NCBI GenBank assembly: GCA_951406725.2
Contig: OX597816.1
Location: 112,654,001-112,718,000, forward strand
Length of the DNA stretch: 64,000 nucleotides
Source of the DNA: Octopus vulgaris
Lineage: Eukaryota
Direction: 5' to 3'
The notes under the pieces were generated by a model that was given only the letters and a program-made list of their open reading frames with translations, made no database searches and was not told the DNA's origin. Made by a program: the position numbers and the translations under genes. Of the stretch, positions 53,996 through 64,000 are shown piece after piece; within the stretch, counting starts at the first letter, position 1, and every line of letters begins with the position of its first letter.

Positions 53996-54128
53996 TCTTT
54001 TATTCGTTTCAGTCATTTGACTGCGGCCATGCTGGATCACCACCTTTAGTCAAGCAAATCGACCCCAGGACTTATTCTTTGTAAGCCTAGTACTTATTCT
54101 ATTGGTCTCTTTTGCCTAACCGCTAAAT
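53996..54128 (-). mobile_element. Younger 5'-truncated SINE B tail
   Basis: gtttcagtcatttgactgcggccatgctgg...aatcgaccccaggacttattc. Confidence 0.85.
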
Positions 54129-54349
54129 TAATATTTGGTTTGTTATTTAGCAACTAATTCTTTTATGAATTTCTTTGAAATTTTGCTTTCAATAAAAATA
54201 CTTCAATTTAATCTTATTCATCTTCCCTAATTAGTTGTTTGTGAATAGTAACTAAATTGTGTTGTTATTGTAGCAAACACTAAATTAAAAAGGTTATTGT
54301 TCTACTTTGTTTAACACAATTTTATTGCTATTGTTTACTGTAATAACTC

Positions 54350-54354
54350 TGGTG

Positions 54355-54414
<60 letters not shown>

Positions 54415-54425
54415 ATAGTAGTGAT
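54350..54425. repeat. (GGT)n(AGT)n microsatellite
   Basis: Direct reading. Confidence 0.95.
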
Positions 54426-55028
54426 AATGTTGACTGCAGTAAATTGATGCCACGTTACAAGATGAATCAAAGAAAATATAATTTAAGAAGATTTATGTAC
54501 AAAATATAAATTCAAGAGGTGTAAATATATAAAGAGATGGTCCCTTGACACCAAGTAGAGACTAGACTAAAACTTGAGGCAATATTATTCTGTCTGAGAA
54601 ATAATAATAATAATAATAGATATAATAATAATAATAACAACAAAAATAATAACAATAATAGAAAACTGGAAGTTAAGTGAATTAAAAGCTTAGGCAGAAA
54701 AAAAAAGGAAACTACAAGGATGTGAAGCCATCATTCTCAAGCTGATTCTCATAGAAGGTACCTACTGCTGACACAAAGTGAGTAGTCAAATATAAATTAA
54801 ATCTGTTGCAAAACAACAACTGTGGAACTATAAAAATACTTTGTAGCAAACGAAAAGAAACTAATTAATGCAATAAGGGACCATCAAAAAACAACTTTTC
54901 TCTCCATCAGGAAATATGCACAAACTGGGTGCTAACTACACTGAAGAAAAATATTTAGATAAAAACAAAACAAAAGAAAATGTAAAATATAAAAAAGGAA
55001 CAGCACAAAGAAATGGAATTCCAAAATA

Positions 55029-56215
55029 TTGGGTCATCCCATAAATAATGCAGTTTTTTATACTTTATTTTTCAAAATTAAGATAAACAAAATTTTTCTT
55101 TAATCTAAAATATACTCTCCTTCATTTTCTACAATGCTCTTCCATATATCTGGTAGACTTGCAAGGCCCCTCTTTCAAAATTCACTTGTCCGTGACAAAA
55201 AAATCCTCCAGTACTGTTCTGACCACATCTACAGAATTCCTATCATTTCCATCCAAATGATTTTGAAGACGGTGGAACAAATGATAATCAGATAAGGCAA
55301 TGTCCAGCAAATATGGTTGATGGGACATCATTTCCTATTGAAACTGCTCCAGCCTTTGGAATGTCATTCTTACTGTATGTGGCTGAGCATTATCCTGATG
55401 GAAGAACATCTTTCATCATAAGCCGCTCAAGTTGCTCACACTAGATCTCCTTTGGTATTGTTTGGTTTGAATTTAAAAGTTCAAAGTGGACTAAACCTTT
55501 CATATCCCACCAAACAAATAACAACACTTTACATGGGTGAAGACCTTCTTTAGCTTGGGGTGCAGGTGTTTCTCCTTTCCCTACCCACTGTCTTTGGTGC
55601 TTGACATTTTTATAGAGAACCCATTTCTCATTACCATTCACTATTCGGTCGGAAAAAGATTAATTCGAGAGATGTGACAGCAAAGAAGAGCACACATTCA
55701 CTCTCTGCATACAATTAGACTCAGAAAGTTTGTGAGGGACTCATTGATCCAATTTGCTGACTTTTTCAATGGCATGCAGGTGTCGATGAATAGTTGAATG
55801 ACCAAATCCAAACTTCTCTGTTAGTTCCTCAACAGTTATGATGGAATTACTAGGGTTTGCAGGACGTCCTTGTTGAGCTCTACAGATCTTTCAGGACAAG
55901 GCTCATCTTCTAGACTGTAGTTTGGAACTTCTGGAACCACCATTGACACTGGTTTAAACTTATTGTCTGAGCTCCATATACAGCATTAATATTCCTCACA
56001 CTTTCCATTGCATTGTTTCCTTTATTGAACTCATAAAGCAAAATATGCCTGATATGCTCCTTTATCACTTCCATTATAGCTTTCAAAAAATAACTGTTAA
56101 AATTGAACTGCACTACTTTTATAGCAAGTTGATGTAGATAGTTTATCTTGTCATTCCTCTAACTTTTAGTTCATGCAATTGAAAAACAAAACACTTTATT
56201 TGTGGGATGACCCAA
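55029..56215 (-). mobile_element. mariner (DD34D) transposon, near full length, transposase pseudogene
   Basis: TIRs ttgggtcatcccataaataa / ttatttgtgggatgacccaa with TA on both sides; peptides HIRHILLYEFNKG, NEKWVLY, HQDNAQPH and DIALSDYHLF with 34-residue spacing; in-frame stops. Confidence 0.96.
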
Positions 56216-56820
56216 TATATTAGAGAAAATCCACTCTATGGCTATTACCCAGTGAAACTTTGCAAAGTAAGACAAAGCTGAAAGCAACAATAACTCAAAA
56301 GCTTTGGATTAAAAGCAGAAACAAGTCTGATTTCAACTATTCAGGACCATTGTATAGCTATAAAAATAAAACATTTAAGTAATGTAAACATCATGTGCAG
56401 ACTATGCAACCAGTAAAACAAGATGGTTGGCTTCATCATTTTCAGCTGTCCCGTGCTTGCCTATTCCAAATATACTCACAAACAATCTATAATCATCAGT
56501 TATGTTCACTGGGTGATAACCAATACTTAAGAAAATGCATAAGAAGTAATATAAACATGTATCAAACACAGACATGATGACTTGGCCACAATTATCTAGG
56601 ACATGCTTATCCAGACTTTACAGAAATGAAGACAAACCATCCAGATATAATAATAAAGGACTGGAATGAAAATTTCTGCATTTTGATTAGACAACTTGAA
56701 ATTTTTTTCTAACCAAAATACTGCATGACTGAGGTGGAAAAACTGTCACAGTACAAGGATCTTGAAACTGAAACAGGCAAGTTGTTGAGTATGAAGATAA
56801 AAATATTGCAAACAATACCT

Positions 56821-57030
56821 GACCTGACCAACAAAAGTCAGGTCAGGTATGGAGACATGCACTATTACAGCACATTCTGCATCCACCATTTGTCTGTATT
56901 TTCTCAGGTCATCCTAGGAAACACTCTGAGCAGTGTCCAGTCAGTCTTCATCTCTGTGGGATACTTCCTCATCTGCCATGTCCATATGACATGTGGCCAA
57001 TCGACACAAGTCATAACCCCAGCCAGATCC
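56821..57030 (-). mobile_element. Short antisense LINE 3' fragment with (CCTGA)n tail inserted in the endonuclease region
   Basis: Interrupts the TIP...IGALG motif; minus strand ends ccatacctgacctgac. Confidence 0.5.
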
Positions 57031-57504
57031 TCAATTGGAGCATTAGGTATAATAAAAAAATTATGAGCAAAAGCAAACTTAGCTCAAGTAGTTCACACTC
57101 TGCACACAGCGCATGCCTATAAAATAACTACCCAATTAAATAGTACTAACTCTGGAATCTCCTCCAAACGAGGAATTTTTTACATAATAAAGTACCACAA
57201 CACATGCCTTTACATAATTGACACCTGACACTATCATGCCGACAGCTCACATTCTACACAGTTGTAGCCTTGTTAATATAACACAAACCATGTAGCACAT
57301 GCTCTACGCAATTGTCACTCAACATTAAAACACATATCACCATATGAAACATGCTGAAATAACACCTGAAGCAACAAGACAAAGCTTACAACAATGCAAA
57401 ACTTGTATAGTATACAATCTTCAATAAAAGATGAACATTCATCTGGGGGTGCAACAAGACCTTATATAAAATTATTGTAAACAGTAGTGGGGATAAGGAT
57501 AATA

Positions 57505-57712
57505 ATCCTCTCTGCTATAGGCACAAGGCCTGAAATTTTGGAGGAGGGGCTAGTCAATTACCTTGACCCCAGTGCTCAATTGGTACTTATTTAACCAACA
57601 CCAAAAGGATGAAAGGCAAAGTTGACTTGGGTGGCATTTGAACTCACAACGTAATGTCAGAAGAAATTCCACTAAGCATTTTTGTCAGAAGCAGTAACAA
57701 ATCTTCCACCTT
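57505..57712 (-). mobile_element. SINE C-like copy
   Basis: gaccccagtgc...aaaaggatgaaaggcaaagttgac...tttgaactc. Confidence 0.8.
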
Positions 57713-58259
57713 TATGATAATAGTTATGTAAGATGGTTATTATCCCACTTTTAACAATCTTCATCACAAATATTACTTTCTGTTTTCTTGGTTGTCTATA
57801 GTAGTTTCATATAGTTACCAAAACAACTCTCTACACCTTCAATAATGCATATTAAGATAGAGGAATTTTTCAGATAGATATTGTCTATCTCTAATCGAAA
57901 TCAACTATTTGATCTGCAGCTTCATGGGAAAAAAAGAAAGGTAAAAATGAAGTATCTCCTCATCAAAAGAAAAATATTTAACTTACAGAAAGCAGCAGTT
58001 TGTTCACTTATGATTTTTTTTCTAGTTTTGGCTTTGGTTATTTAAAGGTGATAAGGTATTCTCTTTTAACTGTTCTTCTTGTAAATATGATTTACTGTAA
58101 TATAACATCAACGTACTCATTATATTATGCTGTTTTAGAGTCTCTTTTGCAAAACTGGTGTGAGTTAATTTTCTATAAAGCAACATATCAACCATCATTA
58201 TCCTTATGAGTAGAAGAATATTTTTGTTTTTGACTTGTTTCCATATAGCCACACTATAA

Positions 58260-59340
58260 TGCAGTAATCATCCTAGTCTTTCACCAGCTTTTCTGTAAGG
58301 CCTAACATCATGAAATCTGACCTCTCTAACATCTTTCCTATGTATTCTTCAGTTTTATATTTCTAAAAGCATCTTCCACTGATAGCATGCTGAACTTCTT
58401 CACCTGCCACTCATCTATTCTCAGTCACATGTCCATTCCTGACCAGTTGCCGTTTTAGACATGGTTAATGCCTAACTCTCTTACTCTTTGTATATTATGA
58501 AGGTTACCATTACATATCCAACAGATTATGTTCCCCATGTTCAATATTCATGATTTCACACTATCATGCAATGTCTCACATGCTTCATAGAGCGTGCCTT
58601 TACTTTGAAGAATTAAATACCTTTGCTGTCAGCAGAGACAACAACTCCTTGTACTATTTCCACCATTTCTTTACTCTAACAACAACCAGACCCAGCACTA
58701 AGTGGATGTAGTAAGAGAAACTACCAAACACATCTGCATTTCTCTTATGTGGGTGATACTATTGTACATCTGTTGAATGTTGTCACAGTTTTCTATCAAA
58801 TAATCAAGCATCTAAATGTATTTTTGCATATTAGTTGCTTGTACTAAGGGAAAGCATTGAATTCTTACTCTCTTCCTAAATTTCAAGCTCTTCATTTCCC
58901 ATGTGTCCTATGTATTTTCTGCTCCCTTTTAGTGAATAGCATAGTGACTTTAATCACTGTTGATTTTAGCACCTTTGAGTTCTTGATCATACTTTCAGGT
59001 TTGAGTCCATTCCATAATTGTTCAGTATATCCAGATCACCATTACATGATGCTTTGCAAAGATAACCAATCATGAACTCTTGTACATAACATACAGGATC
59101 TATTGATCCAGCACATCTTCCACATGCAAACACTGCTGTTTCTGTTAACCTTCCTGTAATTCCACTGCACTACCTAAGTGTTAATAGCTTGCTTTGGGTA
59201 CATTGTATGGAAATTCTGTCTACAACCTTCCTGTGTATCAAACAGGATCATTTACCTGATAGGAGTGGAATCTTTTTTGTTTCCTGTTTACTAGAACTTT
59301 AGGTTTTGCCTGTTAACTTTAAAGCTTTTTGATTACTTTT
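58260..59340 (-). mobile_element. RTE-clade LINE RT remnant with internal Cys-rich finger
   Basis: Minus strand KVN..K.KVLV-like RT motif, then SIQCTQ...CSGITGRLTE..VFACGRCAG, then GHV...VKK...SVE-like C-terminal motifs. Confidence 0.7.
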
Positions 59341-59639
59341 CTCATTCTACAACAGACTCCACTATGGGAACTCTCTCTCTTCTCCCTTGACCTCTCATAC
59401 TCACCTTCTTGTACCTTGAGAGTTTGCTCATTACCTGCTTTTATCTCCTTCCCAATTATTCCCACCCACTCCTACTTAATTAGGATAGCCATATTTCTCC
59501 TCTGGTAAAACACCTGTAATAATTCCTCTGTCATATTTTAGCCTTTCAACATTTGGCATAAAACCACCTCCCATCTCATATACTTCTCCCTCCACTCAGT
59601 AGCAGAAGCTTTTTACTTTTTTTCCTGTTCTTTTTTCTG

Positions 59640-59804
59640 TCTTGCAAGTTACTCAGCAACCTCACTAGTGCAGGTAGCAGGAAAAAGTACTTAGAAACTA
59701 TGCCAAAGTTGACATTAGAATTCAGCACAACCCTGCAGCATGCTGGATCCTGTCAAACTATCCAGCCCACACCATGGAAAACGGACATTAAATGGTGATG
59801 ATGA
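59640..59804 (+). mobile_element. Family D fragment
   Basis: ccatggaaaacggacattaaatggtgatgatgat. Confidence 0.7.
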
Positions 59805-60585
59805 TATGTGTGTGTATATGTATTTTTGTGTATAACATAGATATACTTATATATGTAGAAATATATGCATAATATGTGTATATTATATGTGCATAAATGA
59901 AGAACATATATGTCTATGTATGTATACATAACAAGAATCGATAACAAGTAACCTAATTTATCAAGATTTCTGTCAAACAATATAATTGGGTGTACAAAAT
60001 TAGCTCAAATTCCATAATTCCAGAAACAATTTCCTGAAGAACTTTCACTCTGAGAATAAAATGCAGAGTATGATATCATAACACCCAAATAGATTTGTTT
60101 ATCATCATTCTTAAGGCTGCTCTGCTATCTGTTATTAAAATCTTCTTGACCTACATTCTTTCTGAAACTGTTCTTATGTCAACTATCTGATAACCATTCT
60201 TCTCTTGATCTCTCTCAGCACAGTTCCATATCTTTAAGGTCTACTGCTACAGCAGATATCATTTACCATCATTTCGTAGCATATTTTCACATAACATCAT
60301 TTATTCTACCTATACTTGCATCATTTAGGGTGTCCTATTACTCTAGCTAACATCTAATATATCTTGAAGATATTTGTTAATGAATAATATTTTCATAATA
60401 TCTCATAAGAAGTAGCTTATATCATTAATTATACAATATTTGTGTAGCTTCTAATAACTATGAACATTTTATTTATTTACATTGGTACTGGCAATTTTCT
60501 TTTCGTTTTGTTGTATTTAGTAAATTATACATCTTATTCAAATATCCAATACGTCCAAAAGCAACATGCAGAAAGTTAATTACCG

Positions 60586-60970
60586 CAGGTGCTGGTGTGT
60601 CTCTGTGGTAAGAAGCTTGCTTTTTAGCTTCCCAACCACATGGTTCTGGATTCAGTCCCACTGCATGACACCTTGGCAAGTATCTTCTACTATAGCTTCA
60701 AGCTGACCAAAGCCTTGTAAGTTGATTTAGTAGATGGAAACTGAAAGAAGTCTGTGTGTGTGTCCATGTTCATCTCCCATGAATGTTTGACAACTGGTGT
60801 TGATGTGTTTATGTTCCCACAACTTATCAGTTTGGCAAAAGTGACCAATAGAATAAGTACTAAGCTTTAAAAAACTAAGTCCTGATGTTGATTTGCTTGA
60901 CTAAACCCTTCAAAGTGATGCTCCGGCATGGCCACAATCAAATGACTGAAACAAATAAAAGATAAAAGAT
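60586..60970 (+). mobile_element. SINE family B, full length
   Basis: Collinear with 28102-28500. Confidence 0.88.
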
Positions 60971-61594
60971 TTCCTGTCTTCATATCTCAAATATTTAGGA
61001 TAAAATTTTACTTTTTATTATAATTTCATTAGCTTATTTTATTTTAATTTTTCTTTTTAATGATATTTTGCTTTTTACAAAAGATATATAATATTTAATA
61101 ATGAACTTATTGTATATAATGCTCAGGTGCACTACAAAGTGCTCAGGTGCAGGCATGGCTGTGTAACATCATGGTTTTGAGCCTGATGCCCTGCATATTT
61201 CTATCACAGCCTCTAATTACTTCGTGTGTTGAATTTGATAGCTAGAACCTGTGCAAAAAACCTGTTATATAAATATATATGTGTATCTGTATTAGTGTCT
61301 ATGTTTATACCAGTCTAAAAGCTGGTATTGTTTGTCTCTCATATACTTTGAATATAATAATTAAGTATAAGACGGAATTAAGCACTGGTTTCATATAATC
61401 AATTAATGTTCTTGAAGCTAGTGCTCTAGCATGGCTGCACTCTAATGATTAAAACTATTAAAAGAATAAAAGAATAGAGAAGTTAGTATAACCATCAATT
61501 ATAAACAATTTTAATTCCTACCTAATGTGTAGCATGTGATTTCTAACCTATATAAAATTTCTCTGTTTGGCATCTCATGCCTGCTTCTCTAAGC

Positions 61595-61644
61595 TGAACT
61601 CTGTATTTCCACCTGCTTGTGCATTTCATAAAATTTGGGATGGT
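61595..61644. repeat. Direct repeat, copy 1 (copy 2 at 63952-64000)
   Basis: About 50 bp with 3 substitutions and 1 indel between copies. Confidence 0.85.
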
Positions 61645-62642
61645 GCCAGAAACTTTAAATTCTGTCTAGATGATAATAGTAAGCAACAACTAGAAGGTAT
61701 TCTCATCATTATACAAAATCAAAATTTTGAGTTAATATAAAAGAAAGCCAAGCAAACTACGATTGAAAATATATTTTCAGTTCTGTAATTGAATACGTTA
61801 TAAATCAATTTGTCTACCTACTGTTGTAATTCTCTGTACTTTCTATGAATTTTGTATATAATTCTGAAAGTTTGGTTGCTTTTTCTTAGAATATCTTACT
61901 GCATATATTTTTATATTTTAGATTTTATATTCTAGGTAAAGAATACTAAGGGAAAAGAAAATTACATTAAAATATTTCTTTGTAAATCATAACTAGTAAA
62001 TATCTTTAGAATAAACACTTAGAGAAATAAGTTACTGTTTCATATTGAGATTTAAAATTACCAAAACATACTATATAGATCAAACTTTGCTTGATAGCAT
62101 GTTCAATCAAACTTTACTATTGATAGTTTTTCATTCTCAATCAGCATCACTATCATCATAACATCTCATGCAGACATGCTATCCTGTGTAATCTTGTAAG
62201 TGCATAGGTAGCTGCATATTCTCTGCCTTTCCTCATTAATTGATAATAGAAGTGCTAAAAAGTTGTATTCTGAATCAACTACTGGCACAGAAATTTGTTT
62301 TTCAATCATGAAGCCCTGGCTTGATCCCACCATGTAACATCTTCAGAAAATATCTTTTACCTTTTGCCAACCTAAGCCAGGTGAGCTAAACTGGATAGAC
62401 AGCAATTGATTGAAAGTCCATAACATAGATTGTAACTCTAATTAAAAGGTTACACTGTCACATTGATTCTCCCTGAGAATATATAGATTATGGTTCTTCT
62501 TAATATTATGAAATTATGTTGAGAGTATACATATATGTTAAATATTCAGTAAGTTATATATTAATTCAATGATAAAGCCATGCTGTTATTTGAAGAAATT
62601 GGAACACCCATTGTCGAAACCAACTAACATCTTTTTACTTAC

Positions 62643-62793
62643 AATTTCATGTATAAAAGCACTACTGTCTATGATTTTTCTATCACAATGAAATTTGCAC
62701 AGAAAATACCATTTGTTGGTCTGATAGCTGTAAATACTGAGTTCTGTTATAGAAGCAACCTCAATGGTCATCACTTGATGTGACATTAATGAC
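62643..62793 (-). CDS. Candidate internal coding exon, unknown protein
   Basis: tttag|G acceptor and ATT|gtaagt donor; 151 nt, open frame SLMSHQVMTIEV...WYFLCKFHCDRKIIDSSAFIHEI. Confidence 0.35.
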
Positions 62794-63323
62794 CTAAATT
62801 TAAGCATAGTAAGCACTAATCAGATCTTTATTAATGTGAAAAAGTAGAAAGGAGAGTTTAGTCTCATTAATATCATTCAACAGAAAGGTAGAGAAGATCT
62901 TTCAATTATAGATTCAAAAGTGGGTAAATATCAGCTCAACTTTCCTATTCGGATAATCTATGCATGTAAAAAAAAGAAAAAAAAAAAATCAATAAAATAT
63001 CTTTACTTCCTTTGGAAATTAAAGAAACCCAGATTGAGCAATGATGCAATGAAGATCTTATGCCTGGCATGAATGACCTTTTTTTTGAGTCATGGGCTAC
63101 ATGAGACAAGGCTCATCATCAACCAAGCCTCGCTACTAAAAAAAATTCCAGATGATTTTTCATTAATTATGCTATTCATAAAGTCCTGTGGACTGCACGC
63201 AACCCATCAGTCACAGTTTGTCCTTGACTACCTTATACCATTGCAAGATTCAGTTGATTGTTGCAAACTTTATAACTATCTCATTAGTCAACATAAAGGT
63301 TTTTTTTTAAAAACTGTACTCAC

Positions 63324-63359
63324 AAAAGTGATGTTGCATTCATACTAACTATACCGAGC
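63324..63359 (-). CDS. Candidate 36-nt microexon, unknown protein
   Basis: ctttttcag|G acceptor and TT|gtgagt donor; only one open frame (LGIVSMNATSL), in phase with the 62793 exon. Confidence 0.3.
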
Positions 63360-63951
63360 CTGAAAAAGATATGCTAACTATGAATACCTTCTTATCCTCA
63401 ATGCATCGATAATAACAAATTTCTGGGTTTATTGTTTTCAGGGCAGATTCTAGTCCTTAAAGAAATAATCTGCTTCTATGTTAGTGTTGTTTGCATTGTG
63501 AACTTTCAATTTTCAAACAATTGACTCTAATTAATATTTTATATTCTGGTGCCACTTTTTGAAATTTATAACATGTATTGACTCAGCTTCTAATTGCATA
63601 TAAATATACAGCTTCATAGGATGATGAGTCATTTTATTTAATCTTATCTTCTCTGAGAGATCCAAGGTCTTGAAATATAACCTCACCCCTTACGTGATTT
63701 TCTTCTATGGATATTGTCTGCTGATAATATATGTCACCTTTGTGCAACACATGCCTCTATTTGTACATTTGCCTATCTGCAATACATTTAATCCCAAGCC
63801 ACTCTATCAGCTCATTACACACGAAGCTAACTTGCCAGACTTTTAGTATATAATAGTAGTTGTTGCATAAGGTTTGAAATATCAGAATAAAAAGCAAAAG
63901 AAAATACATAAATAATAGATAAATAAATCTATAACTTTAATTTCTCTTTCT

Positions 63952-64000
63952 TGAACTTTGTATTCCACCTGCTTGTGCATTTCATGAAATTTGAGATGGT
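63952..64000. repeat. Direct repeat, copy 2 (runs off the window end)
   Basis: Matches 61595-61644. Confidence 0.85.

Larger units (their letters stand above)
54700..57070 (+). mobile_element. R4/Dong-like non-LTR retrotransposon relic (restriction-like endonuclease type), interrupted by mariner and a retro-fragment
   Basis: Decayed peptides KTTTVEL*KY, PLYGYY, GLKAET, QDH, CRLCN...CP.LA (CCHC knuckle), NHPDIIIKD, EKLSQYKDLE.E and IGALGIIKK in the expected order; (AAT)n tract at 54600-54660. Confidence 0.75.

Noticed and set aside
63073-63348. 91-aa plus-strand ORF
   Set aside because: No recognisable motif or splice context; contains homopolymer runs typical of non-coding DNA

Overview
AT-rich eukaryotic non-coding DNA with no intact protein-coding gene. 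Nearly all track ORFs are translated (TA/TG/CA)n microsatellites or transposon debris. The repeat repertoire looks like an octopus/cephalopod intron or intergenic region (inference from remembered family appearance, no search run). It includes several tRNA-derived SINE families (my labels A, B, C, E), a (GAT)n-tailed retro-fragment (D), an old abundant repeat (F), and LINE relics of the RTE, CR1 and R4/Dong types. DNA transposons are a near full-length TA-flanked mariner, a Tc1-like element with D35E spacing, an internally deleted hAT, two non-autonomous Helitrons and a probable Helentron-type element. The most notable structural signals are a Penelope-type minimal hammerhead ribozyme (32729-32776) with a weaker second candidate, three long fold-back structures within 8 kb, modular domain swapping among the SINEs, and a PHD-like finger inside an RTE reverse transcriptase. 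Two phase-compatible candidate exons lie on the minus strand near the right end. Boundaries of degenerate elements are approximate.
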